In this document: piece by piece, positions 48,655-58,525 of the stretch
How the letters are laid out: the number at the start of each line of letters is the position of its first letter
How positions within the stretch are numbered: position 1 is the first letter of the stretch
Source of the DNA: Polyangiaceae bacterium
GTDB taxonomy: Bacteria; Myxococcota_A; Polyangia; Polyangiales; Polyangiaceae
Reading direction: 5' to 3'
DNA: 64,000 nt
Assembly (NCBI GenBank): GCA_044376115.1
Contig: JBILLK010000023.1
Span: forward strand, 32,001-96,000
The notes under the pieces: model-generated
Seen by the model: the letters and a program-made list of their open reading frames with translations, nothing else
The model's database searches: none
What the model was told of the DNA's origin: nothing
Program-made: the position numbers and the translations under genes

Positions 48655-50056
48655 AGTCGTACTGACGCCGCTATCAATCTCGGCGCTCGGCCTCTTCGTC
48701 GCGTTCATCGTCGTCAGGCTGTGGCGCTCCCGACGGACCGGCGTCAGCATCCGGATGCAGATCTTCCTTGCGCTAGCCGGCATCGTCGGCGCCTTCGCGC
48801 TAGGCCTGGGGCTGCTGGTATTGGAGCGCGTGATGGCTCGCACCACGGCGCTGACCGAGGAAAGCGCGAAGAGCGAAGCGTTGGCCATCTCCGCTTTGAT
48901 CCAGAACGACATCGCAAAAAACGATCGCAGCTTGGAGGAAGTTGCGGCGGGAATGTCCTCGCTGCCGCAAGAGATGCGGATGAGCATCCTCGGTCTCGAA
49001 GGGGATGTTCTGTTCGCCCCGGCCGGCCAGGTGGACCTCCCTGCGAGCGAGACCGTCAGCGTCACCGTACCCATCGTAGTTGGTGAAGTTGCATACGGCA
49101 TGGTCCGAGTCGACAAACCAACGATCGCGATCCGCCGCACGCTCTCGGATTTTGCACCGACGATCCTAGGACTCTCGGTGACGCTGGGAGCAGCGGCGGC
49201 CGTCGCCGCGGCCTTGATCGGAAGAACCATCGCATCGCCGATCGAGGAGCTGACCGACTTCGCCGTGCGCGTGAGCGAAGGCAAGCTGCTGGCGCGAGCG
49301 CCGCGCGCGCGAGGGCGCGAGGTCAAGGAGCTGTCGCGGGCGATCGAAACCATGCGCCGAGAGCTCGAAGGGCGGCCATTCATCGAGACCTTCGCGGCCG
49401 ATCTTTCGCATGAACTGAAGAACCCGGTAGCGGCGATTCGAGCGAGCGCGGAGGTGCTTTCGGACGGGGCGCTCGACGAGCCGAAAGAGGCCAAACGCTT
49501 TCTTGCTCGAATTCAGGAGGCCACCTCCAGAATCGAGACCATGCTGGGGGAACTGCTTTCGCTCGCTCGCATCGAGGCCCGCGGAGTCGAGAACGCAACG
49601 GCGGTCGACGTTCACAAGCTCTTCGCGGGACTGTGCCGCGATGCGGAAGACGGCGCCATCACGCTGAACGGCCCACACCTTTCGGTACGCGGGGATTCGC
49701 GCTGGCTTGCGCGCTTGGCCCAGAACCTGATCGACAACGCGAAGACCCACGGCAGCCCGCCCAACAAGGTGGCGGTGAACTTCCGCGATCGGGGTACCCA
49801 TGCCGAGATCCTGGTCGAGAACGACGGAGAGATTGCCCCCCACATCAAGGCGAAGTTGTTTCGGCGCTTTGTCACGACGCGCGTCGACAAAGGCGGCACT
49901 GGACTTGGGCTGGCCATCGCGCGAGCCGTCGCAGAGGCGCATGGGGGCACCATCGCCTGCATCGATGCGGGGCCGCCCAAGGTCACCTTTCGCGTGCTTT
50001 TGCCCTCGGCGCCGCGCGGCCCCTTGCGCCTGCTCGAGCCTGGGGACGATAACTGA
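48644..50056 (+). CDS. HAMP sensor histidine kinase (CreC-like)
   Basis: TM helices, HAMP, HELKNP, NLIDNA, GGTGLGL. Confidence 0.92.
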   Translation: MRPEVVLTPLSISALGLFVAFIVVRLWRSRRTGVSIRMQIFLALAGIVGAFALGLGLLVLERVMARTTALTEESAKSEALAISALIQNDIAKNDRSLEEVAAGMSSLPQEMRMSILGLEGDVLFAPAGQVDLPASETVSVTVPIVVGEVAYGMVRVDKPTIAIRRTLSDFAPTILGLSVTLGAAAAVAAALIGRTIASPIEELTDFAVRVSEGKLLARAPRARGREVKELSRAIETMRRELEGRPFIETFAADLSHELKNPVAAIRASAEVLSDGALDEPKEAKRFLARIQEATSRIETMLGELLSLARIEARGVENATAVDVHKLFAGLCRDAEDGAITLNGPHLSVRGDSRWLARLAQNLIDNAKTHGSPPNKVAVNFRDRGTHAEILVENDGEIAPHIKAKLFRRFVTTRVDKGGTGLGLAIARAVAEAHGGTIACIDAGPPKVTFRVLLPSAPRGPLRLLEPGDDN

Positions 50057-50167
50057 GCCCAATTCGCTGTTGATTAATTAGATAATTGAACAGCGTTGGT
50101 GCGTTCTCCACGAAAGCTCCACACTACTCCCATCGTAGGTCCCTCGCCTTGAGACTATGGTCTCCGA

Positions 50168-50926
50168 GTGAGCATCAATACCTCCGCATCGCTTCTTCCA
50201 GGTTCAGCGCCCGCCCATATTGCAATCATTCTTGACGGCAATGGTCGCTGGGCCACCCAAAGGACGTTGCCGCGGACCGCCGGGCATGAGCACGGAAGCA
50301 AAGCCGTTCGTACGGCGGTCTACGGCTGCAACAGCCGCGGGGTGAAGACGTTGACGCTCTATGCTTTCAGCGCAGCCAACTGGTCCCGCCCCAAGCAAGA
50401 GGTTGAAACGCTGATGCGGCTCTGCGCTGAGTTCGCCGAAAACGAGCTCGAGGAGTTGGTTCGCCGCAACGTGCATGTGTCGGTCATCGGAGACATCGAC
50501 GAGCTGCCGACGCGGACGCGACGCGCGACCGAGCAGTTGGTGGAGGCGACCCGCGAATGCACGGGCATGACGCTCGCGCTCGCGCTCTCCTACGGCGGTC
50601 GGCAAGACATGGTCTCGGCGATTCGTCAGATCGCCATTCGCGCCCGCGCTGGCCTCGTCATCCCGGAGGAGGTCAACGAGACGAGCCTGCGAGCCTACTT
50701 GTCCACCGGCAAGCTGCCCGATCCGGATCTCGTGATTCGCACGGGTGGAGAGCGCCGGCTCTCGGACTTCTTGTTGTTTGAGTGCGCCTACGCCGAACTC
50801 TTCTTCACCGAGACGCTTTGGCCGGACTTCACCGAGGAGACCTTGGACGAGGCCATCGCAGCCTTTTGTCGGCGACAACGTCGCTTTGGTAAGACGGGCG
50901 ACCAGATCGTTTCAGAAGCGGTCTGA
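50168..50926 (+). CDS. uppS: Polyprenyl diphosphate synthase (cis-prenyltransferase)
   Basis: HIAIILDGNGRWA, YAFSAANWSRP, DPDLVIRTGGERRLSDFLL. Confidence 0.93.
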   Translation: MSINTSASLLPGSAPAHIAIILDGNGRWATQRTLPRTAGHEHGSKAVRTAVYGCNSRGVKTLTLYAFSAANWSRPKQEVETLMRLCAEFAENELEELVRRNVHVSVIGDIDELPTRTRRATEQLVEATRECTGMTLALALSYGGRQDMVSAIRQIAIRARAGLVIPEEVNETSLRAYLSTGKLPDPDLVIRTGGERRLSDFLLFECAYAELFFTETLWPDFTEETLDEAIAAFCRRQRRFGKTGDQIVSEAV

Positions 50927-50943
50927 CCGGCGAAAAAGGCGGC

Positions 50944-51411
50944 TTAATTGCCGCCGATGATCGCCATCAGCCCGTCGGCGTTGAGCGAGCCGTCTTCTTT
51001 GAAGTCCACGGTTGCGGATTTTCCGCCTTCCACCGTGCAGGTCATTTTCGTCCCTTTCACGGCGATGAAGCGCTCGCTGCCGCAATCGACCTTGCGCTTG
51101 TTGGTGAAGTGTCCCAGCGCCTTTTCGGAGTACTCGACCGGGTCGAAGAGCTTGCCCTCGAGTTCCCAGTTCACGTTGCCCTGATCATCCTTCTGCGTGA
51201 CCTTCACGACGAAGCTGTCTCCGAGGCCGGACACGCCCTCGCAGGTGAAGCTGTCGCCCGCCTTGAGTTCGCGGTCGGCGGGGCACTTCACTTCCCGCAC
51301 GGCCACCTTCTCGGACTCGAACTTGGACTTGATCGCCTGCTCAAGCTTTGCCCCATCGAAACGAGAGCAGGCGCAGAGCAGGGGCAGGATGAGCAGCAGG
51401 CGCTTTCGCAT
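50944..51411 (-). CDS. DUF4333-like lipoprotein
   Basis: LCAC lipobox; VKCP...KAGDSFTC...VKVTQKDDQGNV plus a second VDCG...MTC unit. Confidence 0.7.
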   Translation of the reverse strand: MRKRLLLILPLLCACSRFDGAKLEQAIKSKFESEKVAVREVKCPADRELKAGDSFTCEGVSGLGDSFVVKVTQKDDQGNVNWELEGKLFDPVEYSEKALGHFTNKRKVDCGSERFIAVKGTKMTCTVEGGKSATVDFKEDGSLNADGLMAIIGGN

Positions 51412-51701
51412 CGGGAGAGCATGCCATCTTCTCTCCAACGCAAGCAACGCGCAGCAACGTGGGCTGTTGACCGGCGGAAGAGCATGAGTGGGCAGATTTT
51501 TACCCAGGTGGGCAACCTGTGGCCCGCTTCGGCCAACCGAGGATAATCTCCCACCTCAAAAGTCGCGCAAATTCGGGGGCAATCGCTATTGACCAGCGAA
51601 TCAATAGCGGCACGAGTCTTGAATAGTGGTCAATATGCTGACCTTCAACGCCGCTATGCTCGAACTCGCCCCCACCAGCGCTACCGCCGTCGAGTGAGGC
51701 T

Positions 51702-53090
51702 TCAGAGATCGATCGAGGAGGGGACCAGAATCCCGAGCGGAGCGAGGCACATCTCGTTGAGCGTCTCCTCGCCGAGCACCACGTCCACCGGAGCTGAAAG
51801 GCCCTGCTCTTCGAGAGCCTTCTTTACGAACGGGTTGCCCATCGAATTGTCGTAGTGGCAGGTGAGCTTGAGGATGTCGCCGGCTTTGCCCTTGGGCAGC
51901 TGATCAATCGGGGTGTCGTAGGTGTACATCCGCTGCCAGTTAAAGTCCCACTGGGGGGTGTGGACCAAACATTCCTCGAGCGGCTGGGAGGCAGAGAACG
52001 GCCGCTCAATATCGAGCCGGATGTCTGTGCCGACGTAGTGCATGTGCGTCATCGCCATCAGGATCGGAACCTCGATGATGATCTCCGGCGGGATCACGAT
52101 TTCCATGGTCTCGGTGTGATCGCTCACGCCGGCCGGAACGCGGAACTCGGGCTCCCCTCGATCGTTCGGCCCGGGAAGCAGCCCGTCTTCACCATTTGCA
52201 GCGTTGCCTGGGAAGGTGACAACGAACTGATAGGGCGGGACGACGTCGGAGTAGCGTAGCTCCACCTCCGAGGAGTCCTCCTCCACCGACGTTCCAGTGG
52301 GGTGATAGTGCATCTGCACGATCAGCACGTCATCGGGCGTCAGCTTGATGCCGACGTCCTTGGGCAACTCGAACGGATTGCCGCCGGGTGCCCATACATG
52401 GACGATTTGCCCTGGAGCGCCGCCAAAACACGGGAACCGACCAGTGCCGCCGGAAAGCGTATTCGCGTCTTCACGACTGGTGCGGAAGGTGAGCGCGTGA
52501 TGAGCCACCTTGGCGTTGCCGGGAACCAAGTGAATGCCGTCGATCCACTTCTCCTCGGTAAGGGCGGGATCGTAAACGACGCACTCGAACAAATCGGAGT
52601 CGCCTTCAACCACCGAAGGCTCCTCCGGCGCCAAGGTCTGGGCCTTGTTCGGGAGGCCGAGCGGAGGCGGAACAAAGGGCGGCGGCGCATCCGCAATATC
52701 GCCCTCGGGTGCGTCGGCGTCGGCCCACGCTTGCAACGTGGCCAGCTCCTCGTCGCTTAGGCTGATGTCGCCCTTGAACGGGAAACGGGGCTCGCAGCCT
52801 TCTGTGCTGAGCGCGCCCCACGGAGGCATCGCCCGAGACTGCGTGGCGGCGACGATTGATGCGGCAAGCGGCCGCGCCTCCTCGTACTTCTCGAGCGAGA
52901 AGCCACCGATGCGCCCGTTCGAGTGGCAGCTCAAGCAGCTCTTGTGCAGGATCGGCTCGACGTCACGGTGAAAGGTCACCGACGCAGAATTTGACCCCCC
53001 TCCTCCACCCGTGTCGCCAGGGCCCGTGCTTTCGCAGGCGGCGGCGGAAAGCATCATGGTGACGGCGAGTGAGCTGCTTCGCTTCAACAT
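51702..53090 (-). CDS. Lipoprotein: cytochrome c domain fused to a copper type II (PHM/DBH-like) monooxygenase domain
   Basis: AAAC lipobox; FHRDVEPILHKSCLSCH...MPPW; AHHA, MHYH, THMH, WDFNWQ, NEMC. Confidence 0.82.
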   Translation of the reverse strand: MLKRSSSLAVTMMLSAAACESTGPGDTGGGGGSNSASVTFHRDVEPILHKSCLSCHSNGRIGGFSLEKYEEARPLAASIVAATQSRAMPPWGALSTEGCEPRFPFKGDISLSDEELATLQAWADADAPEGDIADAPPPFVPPPLGLPNKAQTLAPEEPSVVEGDSDLFECVVYDPALTEEKWIDGIHLVPGNAKVAHHALTFRTSREDANTLSGGTGRFPCFGGAPGQIVHVWAPGGNPFELPKDVGIKLTPDDVLIVQMHYHPTGTSVEEDSSEVELRYSDVVPPYQFVVTFPGNAANGEDGLLPGPNDRGEPEFRVPAGVSDHTETMEIVIPPEIIIEVPILMAMTHMHYVGTDIRLDIERPFSASQPLEECLVHTPQWDFNWQRMYTYDTPIDQLPKGKAGDILKLTCHYDNSMGNPFVKKALEEQGLSAPVDVVLGEETLNEMCLAPLGILVPSSIDL

Positions 53091-53202
53091 TAACTCTCCG
53101 TACGCAACCGGAGCGCTGGCAACAAGTCAGAGCATCACAGTTCGTAGCTTGGCCCGACCCCGACATCCCTACCTTGAGTTCGCGAGCCCGAAAGAGCGGT
53201 CT

Positions 53203-53850
53203 CTAGATCTTGATGAAATTGGTCGCCGCCAAGGGCCCGAACGGCAGCGCCGCAAGTCGGCCGCCTACGTCAAGGGACCCGAGATCGACAGGGAAGTAGC
53301 CAACTGCCTCTAGGACCTTTCGCACCTCCGCTTTCGCACTCGCATCGTCGCCGGAGTAGAACTGAACGCGCTGGCCACCCAACGTCCTTGGCTCCTCGAG
53401 GACTCTAACGTCCAGGTGGTTCAGCGCCTTCACGAGGCGCGCTCCCGGAACGTGCTCACGAAAGACCTCGCTCGAGTGCTTTGCGCCAAGATCGATCGCC
53501 TTGATCCCGTACGCCGCAAGCGGGTTGGTCGGATCTTTCGTCTCCGGAGAGCCTGGCTCCAGGAACGCGACTGGATTGGTGCCATCGATTACGATGCGAC
53601 CGTCCCAAGGTGGCAAGCCGCTGAGCGCCGTACCGAGGTCCTCCCAGCGCACGGCGACGAGGACCATGTCCGCGCTGGCTGCATCGGCCACGGTGCCTGC
53701 CTTAATCGAGGGGCCTGCCTCTGCGACGAGCGACGCGAGGGACGCCGGTCCTCGACGATTCGAGATCGTAGCCGCGATGCCTGCCCGTCCAAGGACGCGT
53801 GCGATGCTGGAGCCGAGTCCACCCGAACCGATGATGCCGATGCTGGTCAT
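53203..53850 (-). CDS. NADPH-dependent F420-reductase-like oxidoreductase
   Basis: GIIGSGGLG, IDGTNP, LVKALNH, SGDDASAK; AAGGA RBS. Confidence 0.85.
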   Translation of the reverse strand: MTSIGIIGSGGLGSSIARVLGRAGIAATISNRRGPASLASLVAEAGPSIKAGTVADAASADMVLVAVRWEDLGTALSGLPPWDGRIVIDGTNPVAFLEPGSPETKDPTNPLAAYGIKAIDLGAKHSSEVFREHVPGARLVKALNHLDVRVLEEPRTLGGQRVQFYSGDDASAKAEVRKVLEAVGYFPVDLGSLDVGGRLAALPFGPLAATNFIKI

Positions 53851-53973
53851 TGTCTTCATTCCTTTTCGTGTCGAGCGAGGACGCGAACTTCGCGACGCTT
53901 GCCGACGACTGACTGTGAGCAACACCTTGTGCGCGGATCCTTGCTGTCGGTAGGGCTCGCCGGATAGCATCGC

Positions 53974-53992
53974 TTTCAAGCAAACGTTGAAA
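53974..53992. promoter_or_regulatory. Inverted repeat in the divergent promoter, candidate LysR binding site
   Basis: TTTCAA-N7-TTGAAA just upstream of the LysR start. Confidence 0.55.
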
Positions 53993-54000
53993 CCACGCGC

Positions 54001-54924
54001 ATGGAAACCTTGTCGAACCTGGAATCCTTCGTCCGGAGCGCCGAGTCAGGCAGCTTCTCCGCCGCCGCGCGACGCCTCAGGCTGACGCCGGCGGCGATCA
54101 GCCGAAACGTGGCCCAACTCGAGCGAAACCTGGGCGTGCGGCTGTTCCAGCGAAACACGCACGGATTGAAGCTCACCGAGGCCGGTGAGCGCTTCCTCGC
54201 CAACGTTGGCAGCGGGCTGGACAGTCTCCAGGGGGCGATCGCGGAGGTGACGTCCAGGGCTGATCAGCCGGCGGGCAGGCTCAAGCTGAGCATGGCGCAG
54301 CGATTCGGGATCACCGAAGTGATGCCGCTGATACCGCTGTTCCTCGCTCGCTACCCCGCGGTGACCATCGACCTTGATTTCGACAACCGTACCGCAGACC
54401 TTGTCGGCGACGGTGTCGACGCGGCGATCGGGGGAGGCTTCGAGCTGAAGCCCGGCGTGGTGTCGCGCGAGCTTGCGCCCGCGCATCTCGTAGCTGTGGC
54501 CTCACCCTCGTACCTCGCGGGAAAGAAGATGCCGAAGACACCGGAAGACATGCGGCAGCTCGACGTCATCGCCATGCGTTCACCGCAGAGCGGGAGGGTG
54601 AAGCCATGGATCATGCGCAATCGTGATGGCGACGAGGTGCCGATGGCAGCGCGCTCCCGCTTGTTCATCAACGATCCGGAGGCGATCTGTCGCGCCGCGT
54701 TGCTTGGGATGGGCGTGGCGGTCTTGCTCTTCGCTGACATGGCCGAGCACCTCAAAAGTGGAGCGCTCAAGCGCGTGCTTCCTGGCTGGCACGTGGATCT
54801 CGGGAAGATCTCGCTGTACTTCGCAGGCACGAAGCTACTCCCGGCGAAGACTCGGGCCTTCGTTGACTACCTGACCGAATCGCTTCGAGCACAAAAGACA
54901 GCAAAGCGTTACTCCGCCACCTGA
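54001..54924 (+). CDS. LysR-family transcriptional regulator (CrgA-like)
   Basis: GSFSAAARRL, LERNLGVRLFQRNT, LTEAGE, PAKTRAFVDYL. Confidence 0.95.
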   Translation: METLSNLESFVRSAESGSFSAAARRLRLTPAAISRNVAQLERNLGVRLFQRNTHGLKLTEAGERFLANVGSGLDSLQGAIAEVTSRADQPAGRLKLSMAQRFGITEVMPLIPLFLARYPAVTIDLDFDNRTADLVGDGVDAAIGGGFELKPGVVSRELAPAHLVAVASPSYLAGKKMPKTPEDMRQLDVIAMRSPQSGRVKPWIMRNRDGDEVPMAARSRLFINDPEAICRAALLGMGVAVLLFADMAEHLKSGALKRVLPGWHVDLGKISLYFAGTKLLPAKTRAFVDYLTESLRAQKTAKRYSAT

Positions 54925-54962
54925 GCTGTCGGGCCCAGGGTTGAAGTAGGAGCCAATCAAGG

Positions 54963-55039
54963 TGGCGCGCCCGGCAGGACTCGAACCTGCGACCCGCGGC
55001 TTAGAAGGCCGCCGCTCTATCCAACTGAGCTACGGGCAC
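54963..55039 (-). tRNA. tRNA-Arg(TCT), CCA encoded
   Basis: GTGCCCG/CGGGCGC acceptor stem, GCGGC-CTTCTAA-GCCGC anticodon arm, GGTTCGAGTCC, 3' GCCA. Confidence 0.96.
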
Positions 55040-55102
55040 CAGAGGAAGCGTGGTTATAGCTTCCCGTCGAGCCGAGTGGAACCGCCTCCTCGTACGAACG
55101 AG

Positions 55103-56443
55103 CTAAAGCCCCGCGAGCGGGCCGGTTGCGTCGCCAAAAGCGTTGATGTCAACGTCGAGCGCGTTGAGCATGCTCACGAAGAGCTGACCCACCGAGGGCG
55201 CTCCAGCAAACTCCACGTGCCGCCCAGGCACGATGGCGCCACCGGCCGACCCTGCAAGCAGAATGGGCATGTCGTCGTGGTTGTGCGCGTTGCCGTCGGA
55301 GATCTCCGACGAGAAGAAGATGAGCGAGTTGTCGAGCAGCGTTTTTCCGTCGATGTCCTCCACCGCATCCAAGCTCGAGAGCAGGTTGGCGAACTGCTGC
55401 ACCTCCCAGGTGTCGATCAGCGTCAGTTTGTCGAAGTTGGCTGCGAGGTCCTGATGATGGCTCAACTCGTGATGCCCGCCGCTCACGCCGATGAAGTCAT
55501 AGCTGCGGTTTGATCCTGCGTTGGCCAGCATGAAGGAGATCACCCGCGTCGAGTCGCACTGAAAGGCCAGCGTCATCAGCTGGTTCATGAGCGCAATGTG
55601 GTCGGCCAAATCCAACGGATCCCCAGGCTTATCACCAGGAATGCACTGCGGACCTTGACCACTTGCGGCGAGCTTCTCCTCCAGTTCTCGCACGCCTGTC
55701 AGGTACTGCTCCACCTTGAGCTTGTCGCTCTTGCCCAGCCGGGTCTGCAGCTTGGTGGCGTCCTCCTTCACGTAGTCGAGGATGCTCGTTCGATAGTGGA
55801 GCCGCTTGGCTTGCTCTTCCGCCGTCGCTTGCGGGTCTTGCCCCGCGAACATCGTGTCGAAGATTGCGCCGGGGTTGGTGAGCTTGGGCAACGGCGTGAC
55901 TTCATCCGCCCAGCTGATGTTCTGCGCGTAGGCGCAGCTGTATCCAGAGTCGCAATCACCAATGCCGCTGCCACCCTCGATGCCGAGTTGTAGGGAGTTG
56001 ATCGCCGTGTGCTGACCGAGCACCCCGGCTGCGACTTGATCCATCGAAATGCCGTTCTGAATGTCGGCGCCTTGGGTCTTCTTGGGATGAGCGTTCGTGA
56101 TGAAGGCGCCAGTGCCCGAGGCGTGGTCTCCAGCGCCGTCGGGGCGCGCAGGCATGTTCGCCAGGCCACTGAGTACGCTGACCTTCGATCGCACAGGATC
56201 GAGCGGCATCAAGATCGGCGAAAGCCCATAGTTCGCCCCCGTCGAGGTGGGACGGAAGTTCTGCATGTGGATGCCGCAGGGCACGTAGTACGCGAGCAGT
56301 CGCTTTGGAGCCATGTCCGCAGCTCGCACGTTACGCGGCATCAGGGACTCGAGCAGCGGCAAGCCGAGCAGCGCGCCTGCGCCGCCAAGGAAGCTCCGTC
56401 GCAATAGGCTCTTGCGAGCGGGACGTTGAATTCGGTTCATCAC
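55103..56443 (-). CDS. DUF1552-family protein
   Basis: RRSFL...LPLLES, ISMDQVAA, CDSGYSCAY, SILDYV, DSTRV, HHELSHH, HNHDDMP. Confidence 0.88.
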   Translation of the reverse strand: MMNRIQRPARKSLLRRSFLGGAGALLGLPLLESLMPRNVRAADMAPKRLLAYYVPCGIHMQNFRPTSTGANYGLSPILMPLDPVRSKVSVLSGLANMPARPDGAGDHASGTGAFITNAHPKKTQGADIQNGISMDQVAAGVLGQHTAINSLQLGIEGGSGIGDCDSGYSCAYAQNISWADEVTPLPKLTNPGAIFDTMFAGQDPQATAEEQAKRLHYRTSILDYVKEDATKLQTRLGKSDKLKVEQYLTGVRELEEKLAASGQGPQCIPGDKPGDPLDLADHIALMNQLMTLAFQCDSTRVISFMLANAGSNRSYDFIGVSGGHHELSHHQDLAANFDKLTLIDTWEVQQFANLLSSLDAVEDIDGKTLLDNSLIFFSSEISDGNAHNHDDMPILLAGSAGGAIVPGRHVEFAGAPSVGQLFVSMLNALDVDINAFGDATGPLAGL

Positions 56444-58497
56444 TTGCCCCCTTTCTCACCGCGGCGATAACGGAACGGTTCACTCAGCACCACGCGCTCC
56501 ACCAGTCGCCGCAGCTTCATCCCGTCTCCACGGAAGCCGTCGTTGATCTCGGCCAAGTACTCCAAATCGGACTCGCTGGTTCCGCGGCCCAAGGCGTACG
56601 TCATCATCTTCTCCACCGCACATTCGGAGAAGCGCTCATCCTCGGCGAGTAGATCGACGAACTCACCAGGCGAAGCGAAGGACTCGCCCTCGAATTCACC
56701 GGCAGGCTCGATCGGGAAGCCATGGTCGAGCGTTCTCCAGGCGCCAACACCGTCGTAATTTTCCATCGCCAAACCGAGCGGGTCCATCAAGTTATGGCAA
56801 GCTGCACAGATCGGATCTTCACGGTGTTGGGCCAAGAGTTGCGCTTGCGATTTGGCCTCCAGATCCTCCGGCTTGAAGCCCTCCACCCCTGCGGGCGGCG
56901 GCGGCGGCTCGGCGCAAAGCAGGTTCTCCAAGATCCACTTACCGCGCTTCACTGGCGAGGTGCGGTCAGGGTTGCTGGTCAACGTCAGCCAAGCGCCAGA
57001 CCGCAGATACCCACCGCGCTCGGCAGAATCGAAGGTCACCTTTTGATGCTCGGATCCGTTTACGTCACCGAGCCCATAGTGCTCGGAGAGTCGAGCGTCG
57101 ACGTAGGAGAAGTCCGCGGTAACCAGCTCCGGAAGCGAGAGCGACTCATCCTTTAGGAAGGCCTTGAGGAAGAGGTTTGCTTCTTGGTGCATCGAAGCTC
57201 GCAGCTCCTCATCGAAATCCGGGAAGGCGATGGCGTTCGGCTCTCGAGAAGCGAGCGCCCTTAGGAACAGCCACTGGCCCGCGAAGTTGTCGACGAGGGC
57301 GTCGGCGCGCGGGTCATCCAACATGCGCTTCACTTGGGCGGACAATGTCGCTGCGTCTTGTAGCTTCTTCTGCGCGGCCAGATCCAAGAGTTCATCGTCG
57401 GGCGTGCTGCTCCACAAGAAGTACGAAAGCCGCGTCGCGAGCTCAAAATCGCTGAGGGGATGAGCGGTCAGAGACTCGGGGTCTTCGTCGATCTCGACGC
57501 GGAAGAGAAAGTGCGCCGAGGTCAGCATCGCTCGCAACACGAGCTTCATGCCCTCGATCTCGTCGTCACCCTGCGCGGCTGCCAGCTCAAAGATCGAAAC
57601 GAGGCCGTCCACCTCGGCGGCCTCGAGCGGGCGGCGGTAGGCGCGACGACCGAACGTCTCGATGATCGACCGTACGCAAGGCTCGCCTTCGACCACCGGG
57701 TCACAGCTGAGGAAGGCGTCACGGAGCGGGTTTTGCGTTACGGCGCCGACTGGACCTTCGAGTTCGACCCAGTCGACGTAGAGGTTGCGATCGTCGCCGG
57801 TGACGTCATCCACGTAGTCGTTGACGAAGGAGACGGTGATGATGGCGCTGTTCCCGGTGAGTGCGACGGGTTGTTCGATCGTCGTAGGAGCGGCCTCGCT
57901 GCCGCCAATGTCGAAGGGCCCAAACGACTGCGAACCGACCGTGATGGTCATCCGCGCCGCGTCGGGCCCCGCTGCGGACTGCCAAGCGCGCGCGCGAATC
58001 ACATAATTGCCGTCGCTCACGAGCGGTTGGGTCGCGACGACATCGCCGTTCGACCAGAGCAGCCACGCGCTGCCAGACGCCTGCCCAATGCTGCCACCAA
58101 CCACCTCCGCTTCGTAGCGGGTCGTCGTACTTGGCAGGCCAACGTCGAGGACCTCGTCGGCGAGCGCCTCCGACGCGCGCTCGTACAGCTCGAACTGCAC
58201 CGGCGAGAGCACCAGGGTGTCGGCCATGTTGTCGAAGCCGAAGGCGTGATCATCCGCGGGGAAGGCGTCGGCGGGGCTCTGCGCCGTGCCAAGCAGGTCT
58301 CGCACGGTGTTGTTGTACTCGACCCGATTGAGCCGGTGCAGCGTGACGCGACCAGCGTCTTGCCCCGAAGGTGTGCCCGGCGGCTCGACGACGGGAGGCC
58401 CGTCTTCGGAGCTACCGATCTCACCGGTGCAGGCGGTTGCGCCCGAGGCAGCAACCAGCGCGAGAGTGAAGCAGGAGAAGCGAGTCGAACGCGCCAT
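56440..58497 (-). CDS. DUF1587/1595/1592/1588/1585 multidomain lipoprotein with inserted carbohydrate-binding-like module and CxxCH
   Basis: RLNRVEYNNTVRDL, ELATRLSYFLWSSTPD, NFAGQWL, TSPVKRGKW, CAACH; FVND...DRNLYVDWVEL insert. Confidence 0.88.
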   Translation of the reverse strand: MARSTRFSCFTLALVAASGATACTGEIGSSEDGPPVVEPPGTPSGQDAGRVTLHRLNRVEYNNTVRDLLGTAQSPADAFPADDHAFGFDNMADTLVLSPVQFELYERASEALADEVLDVGLPSTTTRYEAEVVGGSIGQASGSAWLLWSNGDVVATQPLVSDGNYVIRARAWQSAAGPDAARMTITVGSQSFGPFDIGGSEAAPTTIEQPVALTGNSAIITVSFVNDYVDDVTGDDRNLYVDWVELEGPVGAVTQNPLRDAFLSCDPVVEGEPCVRSIIETFGRRAYRRPLEAAEVDGLVSIFELAAAQGDDEIEGMKLVLRAMLTSAHFLFRVEIDEDPESLTAHPLSDFELATRLSYFLWSSTPDDELLDLAAQKKLQDAATLSAQVKRMLDDPRADALVDNFAGQWLFLRALASREPNAIAFPDFDEELRASMHQEANLFLKAFLKDESLSLPELVTADFSYVDARLSEHYGLGDVNGSEHQKVTFDSAERGGYLRSGAWLTLTSNPDRTSPVKRGKWILENLLCAEPPPPPAGVEGFKPEDLEAKSQAQLLAQHREDPICAACHNLMDPLGLAMENYDGVGAWRTLDHGFPIEPAGEFEGESFASPGEFVDLLAEDERFSECAVEKMMTYALGRGTSESDLEYLAEINDGFRGDGMKLRRLVERVVLSEPFRYRRGEKGGK

Positions 58498-58525
58498 GCG
58501 CTCATGTTAAACGCACGCGGAGTCG

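Noticed and set aside
51608..51623. Sigma54-like promoter CGGCACG-N4-TTGAA
   Set aside because: The conserved -12 GC is missing and no substantial gene lies downstream
53203..54962. LysR/oxidoreductase pair at the tRNA-Arg 3' end as an integrated island
   Set aside because: I found no integrase and no duplicated tRNA 3' end; horizontal origin is possible but unsupported
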